Assembly: GCF_009914755.1 (NCBI RefSeq)
Contig: NC_060945.1
Reading direction: 5' to 3' (one strand)
Origin: the human T2T-CHM13v2.0 reference genome, Homo sapiens
DNA length: 64,000 nt
Part shown: piece by piece, positions 28,284 through 42,768 of the stretch
Position numbering within the stretch: position 1 is the stretch's first letter
How the letters are laid out: every line of letters begins with the position of its first letter
Notes under the pieces: model-generated
Told to the model about the DNA's origin: nothing
Seen by the model: the letters and a program-made list of their open reading frames with translations, nothing else
Database searches by the model: none
Made by a program: the position numbers and the translations under genes

Positions 28284-28696
28284 TTGGCCATTCTTGCATT
28301 GCTATAAAAAATACCTGAGACTGGGTAATTTATAAAAGAGGTTTAATTGGCTCATGGTTTTGTAGGCAGTACAGGAAGTATGGTGCTGGCATCTGCTTGG
28401 CTTCTGTGGAGGCCTCAGGAAACTTACAGTCGTGGCAGAAGGCAAAGCAGGAGCAGGCACATGGCCAGAACAGGAGAGAGAGAGAGTCGGGGGTGAGGTG
28501 CCACATACCTTTAAACAACTAGATTTCACAAGAACTCACTCAGTATCTCGACAAGAGCACCAAGAGGCTGGTGCTAAGCCATTCATGAGAAATCCACATC
28601 CATGATCCAAACACCTCCCACGAGGCCCCACCTGCAACACTGGGGATTACAATTCAACATGAGATTTGAGAGGGAACAAATATCCAAATTATATCA
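28284..28696 (-). mobile_element. MSTA-like MaLR solo LTR
   Basis: ggccattcttgcattgctataaaaaatacctgagactggg...atccaaattatatca. Confidence 0.9.
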
Positions 28697-29023
28697 CCAT
28701 TGCATTTTATTGTTTTCTACCTTCAGTAAAATAGCTTCTGACAGCAAAATGAGTCACACTAGACCTCCTGAATTTAAGGAGAAAGGTGTGTGGTCTATTA
28801 ACATTTGTGTATTTTGTTGTCCTTTCCTTGAAAGTAGAAGATTCAGAAGGAAGTCCCAGGCCTCCTAGTCCCTTCCCCCTGTCTTTGCAAAGAGGATGAA
28901 GACGGTAATGCCCCATCTCAGGGAACATGTTCCTAACAGCCAGTTTAAAACCTTTAACACAGAAAGAGAAAGAAATAGTTTTGCTGAATTCATTTACTAG
29001 TAATATTTTAAAAGCAGTGTTTA

Positions 29024-29382
<359 letters not shown>

Positions 29383-29529
29383 TCAGAATGAGAAAATGAT
29401 GACAGTGGGCAGGCTGGCGGGCGACTGCAGATGAAATGTGGTGATTATGAAAAGTGTAGCATCTCTAGAGCCTTAGGCACATGCCTGGTTATGTGTTAAG
29501 AGCTATTCAAGAATAAGCTGTTCTAATAA

Positions 29530-29700
29530 TCACAACTCTATAAGATGGGGCTACTAGTGTCCCCATAAAATATAAGGAAACTGAGACATGGGGTCATTGT
29601 CACACCTCCCTAATGTCATATGGCTGGAAAGTGGCAAAGTCAGAATTTGAACCCAGGGTCCTTCTGCCTCCAGCATTCATGTTCTTCATCTCAACACTCT
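29530..29700 (-). mobile_element. MIR SINE
   Basis: aaggaaactgagacat...gtggcaaagtcagaatttgaacccagg. Confidence 0.7.
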
Positions 29701-31089
29701 CCCAGATTTTGTGGCAACAGTTGAAAATCAATATTGCCCTAAACCACTGTAATTTCAACAAAGATCTATGAACACCTATCATGTGTCAGGCCCGTGATGA
29801 ACTCTGAGGGCACTGAGATGGATGACCTGGTCCCAGCTGTCCAGCCTCTGGTGAGTCTTTTTCAGCCTGTGAACACAGCTGTGGGAAACCTCCAATACCA
29901 CACACAGCTTTTGCCCACCGGGCAGGCCCAACAAATGGCGTCTAGACACCACATACCATAGAGCCGCTGCCTTGCCAGCCATGAGGTCACACAACGCACT
30001 AGTCCACAGCACGCAAGCTGCCTTGGCGGCGTCTCAGGCCTGCTAATTGGGACAGGTGCAGAGTGATGACAGCGGGCCACCCACAGAGCTCTGGCACACT
30101 GGCAAAGACATGAGGAGCGGGAGGACAGGAAGAAGAGAAAGCCTGAACTGCAGCCTGGGCAGTGGTGGCTGGCAGATAAAAACATCCTTTATGCACCAAG
30201 AACTTGGCTATTTTTGGAATGGGCATTCCCTAATCTCTAAAGCAAATGGTAAAGCCTCAGGAAATGAGAGCCTATGAAAATATATGCCTACATGCAACCA
30301 CCAGCCTTCCAAACTGGAAAGATAATTTGCACATATACACACATACACGCACGCACAGACACACATACATACATGCACAAACACTCCGATAATTCTAGTA
30401 GAAGCTGTGGATCTTTGTAGGATGTAAAGGGAAATGCTACTTCAGGGACAACCATTTTAACAGGTTCATTTCAAATGGGTAGGTAAGAATTAGAAGTAAA
30501 AATAAAAGAAAGACCATCTCAGTTACAGGTTAACAGTTGGTTAGGAGACATCATGAAAATGCTAAAGGAAAAGGAGCAGATTTAGAAGAAGCATGTAAAG
30601 AAATAAAGTTGACCTTTCTAGATTCTGAAGTTATCGGCAGAATTGATCTAATGTAAGTATTGGCAGGAATATTGTAGGAAGACACCAAGAGGAATGAGAT
30701 AAGGTCACTTGATTGCAGGAATTTATAGTATAACAGGGCAAATCATTAAGAAATGTCTAAAGTTTTGGTGGAAAGACGCTCATTTTTATGTGAACTAATG
30801 GATGCTAATTTTCTTTCAAATGTATAACTGATATTGAATTTAAATGCTCAGCTACATGTAACATGCATTTCTGTTACAGTCTGTTAGGATCTCAGTGGGA
30901 CTTTAAGAAATAATAAGACATAGAAACATGACTCGTAATGAGAAGCTAAACACAAAGATAGCGTATATGATTTATATTATGCAACTTTTTTTTAAAGTTA
31001 GGAGGCAATCACAATTGCTTACTTAATCTAGGTACTTGCAATTAAGCCATGAGCTGAGTATCAGATACCTATTCATTTTCTCCACATCA

Positions 31090-31432
<343 letters not shown>

Positions 31433-31746
31433 TTAATAAGTCACCTCCTTTATTTCAAAAGCTTATGCTTTGCAACGTATTTATCAAAAAATACCTGACA
31501 ACTGCACTTCCGTTTGGATGTTGCAAGAATAAAATTAAGATAATATTCATGAAGTCTTCTGAGGCCCTTATTATAGATATTTTAGATAAATGTTTCATTG
31601 TTATTAGAAGCTAAAGCAATCTATTAAGTGCCCATGGCATTTATTTTTTAATCGTGAAAACTTGGAAGTTATTTGGTTTCTGTTGTAATTTTAATAGTTA
31701 CATTTGTAACACAAAAGATAAAGAAAATTTATTTGTTAATGTTTGC

Positions 31747-31747
<1 letters not shown>

Positions 31748-31792
<45 letters not shown>
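31748..31792. repeat. (TG)22 microsatellite
   Basis: Direct reading. Confidence 0.97.
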
Positions 31793-31794
<2 letters not shown>

Positions 31795-32260
31795 GATGAC
31801 TTATGCCCCGCAAAGATATTCAGCTCTTAGACCCTGTATCCCTGTGTAAGTTACCTTATGGCAATAGGGATTTTGCAGATGTGATTAAGTTACAGATCTT
31901 GAGATGCGAATATTATTTTGAATTATTCCAGTGGGCCCAGTGTAATCACCACAGGGGTCTTCATAAGAGGGAGAATTAGAGTCTGCAGCAGACAGCACCA
32001 TGGAAGCAAGAGGTTGCAGTAATGTTAAGAAGGGGTCATGAGCCAAGGAATGCAGGCAGCCGCTGGAAACTGAACAAGAGAGAGGAATATCTTCTCCCCT
32101 AGAACCTGTAAGAGGAACCAGCCCTGATTGCACCTTGACCTTCATCCAGGGAGACTGATTGTGAACTTCCGACATCCAGAAATATAAGAAAATAAATTTG
32201 TGCTGTCTTAAGCCACTAAGTTGGTGGCAATTTGTTATACAGAGCCCCAAGAAACTCATA
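31790..32260 (+). mobile_element. MLT1D MaLR solo LTR
   Basis: gttaccttatggcaatagggattttgcagatgtgattaag...aataaatttgtgctgtcttaagccactaag. Confidence 0.88.
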
Positions 32261-32409
32261 GTGTGTGTGTGTATACATTCATATACTCAATGATGTCTCA
32301 GATAATAAGGTGAATCAGATCAGCTGTCCCTTTGATTGAATTCAAAGTCAGGTTTTTTTCAATGATTCATTTTTTTTAAGGCATTTTGACATACTGTAGT
32401 ATGGTTTCT

Positions 32410-32707
32410 TTTTTTTTTCTTTTTTGAGACGGGGTCTCCCTCTGTCACCCAGGCTGGACTGCAGTAGCTGGGTCTCAGCTCACTGCAACTTCCGCCTCTG
32501 GGGTTCAAGCAATTCTCCTACCTCAGCCTCCTGAGTAGCTGGGATTACAGGCGTGTGCTACCACGCCCGGCTAATTTTTTTTTGTTTTTAGTAGAGACGG
32601 GGTGTCACCGTGTTAGCCAGGATGGTCTTGAACTCCTGACCTCGTGATCCGCCCGCCTGGGCCTCCCAAAGTGCTGGGATTACAGGCGGGAGCCACCGCG
32701 CCCAGCC
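32410..32707 (-). mobile_element. AluSc/Y-like SINE
   Basis: TSD agtatggtttct. Confidence 0.97.
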
Positions 32708-33429
32708 CAAAGTATGGTTTCTATAAAAGTCTAAACAAAACAAGGGTCAGCTCTTTTTCTCAAGGACATTATTATTTGCTGAATCTTCCACCATTACTGT
32801 ACTTTAGAGACCATGTGGAATTGTTTTTCACTGGGAGAAGGGGAGTTTACTTATTTAGGGTAATATTGGTGTAAAAGAATGTAGACACAAGCAAGCAGTT
32901 ACTCAATCTACAATTGTAAAGAAGGCTGCTAATGTCACCATAAAGTGGCTGGGTCCTGGATTCTTTCTGCCAGCACACAAAATGAGGATAGGCAACTCTC
33001 AGGGCAAATTGAAAGTTGACAAGGTTTGTCTGCAGGACCCTCCCAGACACCTTTTCTCTACATATCTTTTAAGAACAAGGCCTGCACATTTCTTGGTTCT
33101 AATATGCAACTCCTTTTCTGTTAAAATGGAGAGTATGATATTATATTTGCATTCATACAGAAACTAATTGATAATGAGAGAATAGGTTAAACTTTAATTT
33201 GCATTTATAATTCTTAATTATGGAGTATTTTGAGGCTATGATTAGCAATAGAAGAAAGCTGGAGACCTTCATGTGGTGATGTTGGGCATAAGACTGGTCC
33301 TGAAGCCTGCTCATGTCATTTTTAGAGTACCTTGGTGGTTTTGCTCAAAAGATGCAAAACATTCTAAAGAGTGACAACAGTCCTCTTCCCGTGGTATATT
33401 CATGTAGGCTAGCAAGAGCTGATTGTGAT

Positions 33430-33545
33430 ATATCCAAGAATTTAAAAATCCAGTTGTTACACAACTGGTAGCTGAAGACAACTATAGGGAGAACATTTAC
33501 ACCACAGAAATTGGCAAAAGCTCTAACTCAGGGCTTTTTTCCCCT
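33430..33545. mobile_element. MER63-like hAT DNA transposon fragment
   Basis: atttacaccacagaaattggcaaa...tcagggcttttt. Confidence 0.55.
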
Positions 33546-33704
33546 TCCCCTTCTGGGATGGCTTATATGCTCATTATAGTTTACTTCCTGTTCTCTCTTA
33601 AAAATAATCTTTCTTCTGTTCTCCCTGAGCTGCAAGACTTTTCACCAGGGACTTTGAGCCTACCCTCACTGTAATTTCTTTTCTGACCGCTGCTATTTCT
33701 TGGT

Positions 33705-34013
33705 CAGGGCTGGCTCAACCAATAGGTGCAGTAGACACCGCGTCTAGGGCCCATGATACTTTCAGGGGCCCAAGAAATATTTAATTTCTTTCCAAATTAT
33801 ATGAGAAATATAAATATAATAGCACATGCACATATGTAATATAACATATATGTGTATATATGTAAAATGTGTAATGTATAATGAATCTAGCCCATATTAT
33901 ATTCATCTACATAACCAACACATTCATAAAGTACAATTTCTGGTATTTTGTTATGGAGGAAGGAGATCACAAAGACAAGGTGCCTAGGGCCCACAGAAGT
34001 TATAATATGGCCT
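33705..34013. mobile_element. MER96B-like hAT MITE
   Basis: cagggctgg 5' end, repeated ctagggccca motifs, AT-rich core. Confidence 0.65.
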
Positions 34014-34329
34014 CCCGTAGGCCCTCTTCAGCCTCAGTCCAGAGTTGACTTAAAGTAAGTCTTGTTTTTTCAGGATGCACTTTTATAAAATTCACCTATA
34101 TGCTATAATGTATATTGGCAGCACCACTTCAGATGCCTGGGGGATAGGCACTACATTACCCTTAGAAGCCCGAGTTAAGTTCATGTTTGCATGTGCTTTT
34201 AAATATGTCTGGTTTTGATTAATACCATCTTGTATTTGTGATTCTTTCAAAAGATGGAAAAAACAGCAAAACCAATATATGGATTCCAATGAATGGAACA
34301 TCTGCTACCTTTGTTACATATTTCATATT

Positions 34330-34677
34330 TGGTATGATTTGGCTCTGTGTCCCCACCCAAATCTCATCTTGAATTGTAATCCCCATGTGTTGAAGGAGGG
34401 ACCTGGTGGGAGGTGAGTGGATCACGGGGGTTCTCATGATAGTGAGCGAGTTTTCACAAGATCTTATGCTTTAAAGGTGTTTGGCAGTTTCTCTCTTGGC
34501 CCAGTCTCTCTCTCTTGCCACCATGTAAGATGTGCCTTGCTTCTGCGTATGCCATGATTGTAAGTTTTCTGAGGTCTCCCCAGCCATGCAGATCTGTGAG
34601 TCAATTAAACCTCCTTTCTTTATAAATTACCCAGTCTCAGGTGGTATCTTTGTAGCAGTTTGAAAACAGACTATACA
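34330..34677 (+). mobile_element. THE1D/MSTA-like MaLR solo LTR
   Basis: Termini tggtatgatttggctctgtgtcccc...gactataca; perfect TSD ATATT. Confidence 0.92.
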
Positions 34678-35560
34678 ATATTCATGCTTAGTTTCCTACT
34701 TGCTTGTAATCATTCAATCCAATAGTAAGAATTTTAATGAATTATTCTCCCTTTGCTATCTTCTAGTTTATTCACATGTTCCCTCAGAGGTTTAGGTGTT
34801 TTTTTTTTTTTTTGTTTTTGCCTTTTGGTCTTTTCTTTTCTTTTTAATTTTTTTTTTTGTTTTCTTACTTTTTATTTATTTATTTTTTTGGAGAGCCAAT
34901 AGATAATATATATTTTTAAATTTATTGCAATAGCTTTAGGGGTACTAGTGGTTTTGGTTACATGGTTGAATTGAATAGTAGTAAAGTCTAAGAATTTTAG
35001 TGCACCTGTCACATGAGTAGTGCACGTTGTACCCAACAGGTAGTTTTTCATCCCTCACCTCCCTCTAGTCCTCCCCACTTCTAAGTCTCCATTGTCCATT
35101 TTACCACTCTGAATGCCTTTGTGTATCCATAGCTTAGCTCCCACTTATACATGAGAACATGCAGTATTTGGTCTTTTATTGCTGAGTTACTTTACTTAGA
35201 ATAATGGCCTCCAGTTCCATTCAAAGTTGCTGCAAAAGACATTATTTCATTCCTTTTTATGGCTGACTAGTATTCCATGGTGTATATGTATAACACATTT
35301 TCTTTATCCACTCATTGGTTGATAGGCACTTAGGATGTTCCCATATCTTAGAAACTGTGAATTGTGCTGTGAGAAGCATACACATACAGGTGTCTTTTGG
35401 ATATAGTGACTTCTTTTCCTTTGGGTAAATACCCAGCACTGGGAGTGCTGGATCAAATGATAGATCTACTTTTAGTTCTCTGAGAAATCTCCATACTGTT
35501 TTCCATAGAGGTTGTACTAATTTACATTCCCACCAGCAGTGTATAAGAATTCCTTTTTGC

Positions 35561-35885
<325 letters not shown>

Positions 35886-37808
35886 TCATCACATCCATGC
35901 CAAAATCTATTGCTTTTGACTTTTTAGTAATGGCCATTCTGGCTGGGGTAAGGTGGAGTCTCATTGTGGTTTTAATTTGCATTTTCCTGATAATTAGTGA
36001 TTTTTTTTCCATACATTTGTTGGCCATCTGTATTTCTTCTTTTTAGAAATGTACATTCATGTTATTTGCCCATTTTTAAATGGGATTATTTGTTTTTTTT
36101 CTTGCTGATTTGTTTGAATTCCTTATAGATTCTGGATGTTAGTCCTTTGTCGGATGCATAATTACAAATATTTTCTCCCATTCTACAGGTTGTCTGTAGA
36201 TTATTTCTTTTGCTGTGCAGAAGCTTTTTAGTTTAGTTAGGTCTCACTCACTTCTTGTTGTTTTTGTTGCATTTGTTATTGGGCCACAGTCATGAATTCT
36301 TTGCTTAGGTCAACGTTCAAAGGAATTTTTCCTAGGTTATCTTCTATAATTTTTATGGTTTCAGGACTTAGGTTAAAATCTTTAATCCAGCTTGAGCTAA
36401 TTATTGTGTATGGTGAAAGATAGACAGAGATTCAGCTTCAATTGTCTACATGTGGCCATCCAATTTTCCCAACACCATTTATTGAATAGGGTATCTTTTC
36501 CCCAATTTATGCTTTTGTATGCTTTGTCAAAAATTAGTTGGTTTTAAGTATTTGGCTTAATTTTTGCATTCTCTATTCTGTTCCACTGGTCTATGTATCC
36601 ACTTTTACATCAATACCATGCTATTTTGGTTAGGATAGCCTTGTATAATTTGCAGTCAGGTAATGTCATGCCTCTGGATTTGTTCCTTTGGCTTCAGATT
36701 GCTTTGACTATTTGGGCTCTTATTTGGTTCCCTGTGAATTTTAGGATTGTTTTGTCTAATTCTGCATTAGATCTGTAGATTGCTTTGAGAAGTATTGTCA
36801 TTTTCATGATATAGATTCTTCTAATTCATGAGCATGGAATGTATTTCCATTTGTTTGTGTCACCTATGATTACTTTCAGCAATGTTTTGTAGTTCTCCTT
36901 GTAGCAATCTTTCACCTCCTCAGTTAAGCGTATTCCTAGGTATTTGATTTAATTTTTTTTAGCTATTGTGAAGGGGACTGTATTCTTGATTTAATTTAAT
37001 TCTCTGCTTGGTCTTGCTGGTATATAGCAGTGCTACTGATTTGGGTACATTGATTTTGTAATATGAGACATTTCTGAATTTGTTATTCAGATCTAGCAGT
37101 CTTCTGGAGGTATCTTTAGAGTTTTCTAGGTATAAGACAATATTATCAGTAAACAGAGACAGTCTGACTTCCTCTTTTCCAATTTGGATTCCTTTTATTT
37201 CTTTCTCTTGTCTAATTGTTCTGACTAGGACTTCCAGTACAATGTTGATTAGAAGTGGTGAAAGTGAGCATTCTTGTCTTGTTCCAGTTCTTAGGGGGAA
37301 TGCTTTCAATTTTCCCCACATAGTATGATGTTGGCTGTGGGTTTGTCATATATAGCTTTTATTATTTTTAGGTATGTTGCTTGTATGCCTAGGTTTTGAG
37401 GGTTTTTATTGAAAAGGGATGCTGGATTTTAACTAACGCTTTTTCTGCCTCTATTGAAATTACCATGTTGTTTTTGTTTTAGTTCTATTAGTGATGAATT
37501 ACATTTATTGACTTGTGTACGTTGACTCACCCCTGCATCCCTGGAATGAAATCCACTTGATCATGATGATTATTTTTTAGGATGTGCTTTTGGATTTGGT
37601 TTGCTAGTATTTTATTGAGAAATTTTGCATCTATATTCATCAAGGACATTGGTTTGCAATTTTCCCTTTTTTTTTTTTTTTATGTCCTGACTTTTGTATC
37701 AGGGCAATATTGACTTCATAGAATAAATTAGGGAGGATATTTTCTTTCTCAATATTTTGGAATATTTTCAGTAAAATTGGCACTAATTCTTCTTTGACTG
37801 TCTTGTAG

Positions 37809-38147
<339 letters not shown>

Positions 38148-39773
38148 AAGCTTATTTTTTTGTTGGCAGTTTTTTCATTATTGATTCAGTCTCACTGCTT
38201 GTTATTGGTCTGTTCAGGATTTTGATTTATTTCTGATTCAAGCTAGAGGGGTTATATGTTTTTAGGAATTTATCCATTTCCTCTGGGTTTTCTAGTTTGT
38301 GTGCACAGAGGTGTTCATAATAGACACAAATGACCTTTTGTATTTCTGTGGTGTCAATTGTAATGCCTCCATTTTCATTTCTAATTGAGCTTATTTGAAT
38401 CTTTGCTTTATTTTCTTCATTAATCTAGCTAGTGGTCTATTAACTTTATTTTTTTAGAGAACAAACTTTTTGTTTCTATAATCTTTTGTATTTTTTTGTT
38501 GCAATTTTGTTTGGTTTTGCTCTGCTCTTTGTTATTTCTTTTCTTCTGCTAGCTCTGGGTTTGGTTTATTCTTGTTTCTCTATTTCCTTGTGGTGTGACA
38601 TTAGGTTGTCAGTTTGTGATCTTTTCGACTTTTTGACGCAGACATTTAGTGCTACAAACTTTCCTCTTATCACTTCTTTTGCTTTATTCGAAAGATTTTG
38701 ATAATGTGTCACTTATCATTCATTTTGAAAATTATTTACATTCCCATATTCATTTCATTGTTAACCTAACAATCATTCAAGAGTGGATTTTTTCAATTCC
38801 ATGTATTTGTATAGTTTTGTGGGTTACTTTTTGAATTGATTTCTAATTTTATTCTGCTGGGGTATAAGAAGATACTTGATATGATTTTGATTTTTAGGAT
38901 ATATTGAGACTTTTTTAATGGGCCACTATGTGGTCTATCTTGGAGAAAGGTCCATGTGCTGATGAGAAGGATGTGTATCCTGTAGTTCTTGGGTAGAATG
39001 TTCTGTAAATGATTCTTACATTCACTTGTTCTAGAGTTCAGTTTAAGTCCTGTGTTTATTTGTTAAGTTTCTGCATTGATGATCTGTCTAGTGCTGTCAG
39101 TGGAGCGTTGAAGTACCCCACTATTACTGTGTTGCTGTCTATCTCTTTTCTTAGGTCTAGTAGTAATATTATGAATCTGGGAGCTCCAGAGTAAGGTGAA
39201 TATATTTTTAGGATTGTCATATCTCCTTGTTGAATTGATCCTTTTATCATTATAACTTTCTTTGTCTTCTTTTAACTGTTGTTGCTTTAAGGTTTGTTTT
39301 ATATGATGTAAGAATAGCTATTCCTGCTCATTTTTAGTTTCCATTTGTGGGAAATATCTTTTTCCAATCTATTACCTTGAGTCTACAAGAATCCTTACAT
39401 GTTAGGTATGTCTCCTGAAGACAGCAGATATTTGGTTTGTAATTTTTTCTATCCATTCTGCCAATTTGTATCTTTTAAGCAGAGCATTTAGACCATTTAC
39501 TTTCAACACTAATATTGAGATGTGACATACTGTTCCAGTTATCACATTGATTATTACCTAGTGACTTTGTTTTATTTTTTGTGTTATTGTTTTATAAGCC
39601 CTGTGAGTTTTATGCTTTCAGGAGTTTCTATTCTGGTGAGCATCAACCTTTTGTTTCAAGACTTAGAACTAATTTTAGCATTTCCCGTTGGGCTGGTCTA
39701 GTATTGACAAATTTTCACATCATTTGCTAATCTGAGAAAGTCTATTTCTCCTTTACTTATGAAACTTAGTTTT

Positions 39774-39965
39774 TAAAATTTTTTTAAAGTTTTATTTTAG
39801 TTTCAAGTGTACATGTGCAGGTTTTTTCTATACATAAATTGCATGTTGTGGAGGTTTGGTGTACATATTATTTCATCATCCAGGTAATAAGCATAGTACC
39901 CAAGAGGCAGTTTTTCAATCCTCCCTCTCCACCATCTACCCTCAAGAAGGCCCCAGTATCTATTG
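39774..39965 (-). mobile_element. Short L1PA15/16-like 3' end nested in L1PB
   Basis: TSD tgaaacttagtttt/tgaaactcagtttt; same family as 46008-46360. Confidence 0.85.
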
Positions 39966-41589
39966 TGAAACTCAGTTTTGTTGGGTACAAAATTCTAAGC
40001 TGATAGTTATTCTGTTCATGGAGACTAAAGATAAGACCCCAGTTCCTTTTTGCTTGTAAGGTTTCTCAGAGAAAGAATAGATTTTCCTTTACAGGTTACC
40101 TGATGCTTTTGTCTCACTGCTCTTAGAATTCTTTCCTTCATGTTGAATTTAGATAGTCTGAAGAATATATGCATTGGTGGTGTCCTTTTTGCCATGAACG
40201 TCCCAGGAGTTCTTTGAGCTTTTTGTATTTGGATGTCTAAATCTCTAGCAAGGTCAGGGAAGTTTCCCTCAATTATTCCTTCAAATAGGATTTCCAAACA
40301 TTTTGCTTTTTATTCTCCTTCAGGAAACCAGTGATTCTTAGGTTTGGCTATGTTACATAATCCTATATTTCTTGGAGACATTTTTCACTTCTGATTCTTT
40401 TCTTCTTATTTTTGTCTGATTATGTTAATTGAAAAGTCTTTCCTTTGAGTTCTGAAATCTTTTCTTCTACTTGGTGTAGTCTATAGCTAAAATTTTCCAC
40501 TGCATTTCATAGTTCCCTAAATGTATCTTTCATTTCCAGAAATTATAATTGGTTTTTCTTAAAATATCTCTTTAGAACATTTTTCATTCATATCCTGAAT
40601 TGTATTTTTAAATTTATTTATGTTGGTTTTCACCATTCTCTTGTATTCCCTTGAATAACTTAATAATCAACCTTTTGAATTCTGTGTCGCAGATTTCAAA
40701 GATATCATCTTGGTTTGGCTCCACTGTTGGGAGTAAATGTGATATTTGGGGCTGATATAGAACCCGATTTTTTCATATTGCCAGAATCATTTTTCTTGTT
40801 CCTTCTCATTTACTTACTTTTTTTCTAATTATTTTTGAATTTACTTTTTATTTGACTGGGTTTTAAATTTTTGTTCCCCCTTGAGGATGAGACTTTAACA
40901 TTTATAAGCTGTTGTCATCTACCTTTGGCTGTAGGTGTTTTCAGTGGTGAAGACTTTGTGTGAGTTTTCAGTTGTAGAAAATCTTTGTGTGATGAATTGC
41001 TCTGATGAGGATTTAGTAATGATATGCTGGATGTGTGAGCAGATTCACTGTCTCCTGTGGGGCTGAAGTGGCAGAGGTCTCAGGAAGCTTATCTCATTTC
41101 CCAGTGGTGTGCACTTTTATAAATGTTTTCCCCACTGTTTTACTCACTGGGTTGAACAGTTCAGGCTTTGGGCCATTAGGAGGTGCCCATGAGGAAAAAC
41201 TGGCCAAGGATAAAGCAGATGGGTAAGTTCAATACCCCAGTGGTGACCAGAGGTCCCAGCTGGGGAATCTCTCAGTGAAATGCACTGAGGTCTTTTCAGA
41301 AGGAAGGGAGAAAGCCACCATACCTCCCCTTCAGGAAATTCATCCCAGTTACACTCTTGACCCCATGTTCCAGCTACTCAGATTAGACAAGCACCTCTTT
41401 ATCTGCTTCATGTAGACAGGGATGGTGACTCTACGTCTTGTGCAAGCCAAGCCTGAATCAAGGGCGCTCCTACTGTGGGGATGCATCCTGCAGTGTTCCA
41501 GAAAGGCTGTCTACGGATGCACCCATGCTAAGCTCCCATGGGAGACATTCAGCTATGTCTGGAGTGGCAGACGCGGGGGAGAAGAAATC

Positions 41590-42141
41590 AGTATTAGGGT
41601 TCTCTAAAGAAGCAGAACTAATAGGATATATGTATATAAGAAAGGGAGTTTATTAGGGAGAATTGACCCACATGATCACAAGGTAAAGTCCCATGATAGG
41701 TCATCTGCAAGTTGAGGAGCAAGGAAGCCAGTGGTGGATCAGTCCAAGTCCCAAAACCTCAAAAGTAGGGAAGCCGACAGTGTGGCCTTCAGTCTGTTGT
41801 TGAAGGCCTGAGGGCCCTGGCAAACCACTAGTGTAAGTCTAAGAGTCCAAAAGCAGAACTTGCAGTCTAATGTTTGAGGGAAGGAAGCATCCAGCACAGG
41901 AGAAAGATGAAGACCGGAAGACTCAGCAAGTCAGCTCCTTCCACCTTCTCCTGCCTGCTTTATTCTAGCTGCATTGGCGGCTGATTAGATGGAGCCCACC
42001 TAGATTGAGGGTGGGTCTGCCTCTCCCAGTCCACTAACTCAAAGGTTAATCTCTTATGGCAACACCCTCACAGACACACCCAGGAGCAATAATTTGCTTC
42101 CTTCAGTCCAATCATGTTGACACACAGTATTAACCATCACA
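41590..42141 (-). mobile_element. MLT2A ERVL solo LTR nested in L1PB 5' UTR
   Basis: gtattagggttctct...cagtattaaccatcaca; near-TSD aaatc/aagtc. Confidence 0.9.
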
Positions 42142-42754
42142 AAGTCCCCTTCTCCAAGACTGTTCATGAGCACCAGGGCTGCCTAACCGTTGAGGTAGAC
42201 CCCACAAACTTTCCACACTGAGTCCAGCACTGCTGCTGTGACTGCTGAAAGAAACTTTCCACAGTGAAAAGGTAGGGACCCAAGGCCTGAAGTCTGGTTT
42301 CTTTTGTCCCATGGAATGCTCCCTTAATGTGGTACATTCCCTCTTTTTCTAGGAGTAGCAGTCCCTGAGCACCAGCCTACTGTGACTCCTGCTGCTCCTC
42401 TGGGTCTAACCACCCAGTGGGGCTGCCATACTTTGATGCTGGGAATGTCTACAAGGGATCGAGTGATGTGACCTGTCCTTCAAGTCTCCCAGCACCAGAT
42501 CTGATAGGGGTGAGAGAGGAGTCATGTAGATTCTGTGAGATTCCTTGGTTATAAATAGCCTTAGTGTTGTGGCCTTCACAAATGCCAGCTGTACTGGTCA
42601 TGTAGACAGATTCAACACCTCCTGGTTAGCCAGTGTGACCACAGTCATGTTAGTCTCTATTCAAACTGGGGTTGCACAGAAGTTTTCTCCTTTGTGAGCA
42701 TGATGTTAACGGAACCGGCTGATATTGTATTGGGTTGTGTCATTTAACCTCTAG

Positions 42755-42768
42755 CCAGGAGGTGGCGC
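42755..42768 (+). promoter_or_regulatory. Candidate CTCF motif in L1 5' UTR
   Basis: CCAGGAGGTGGCGC; motif match only. Confidence 0.45.
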
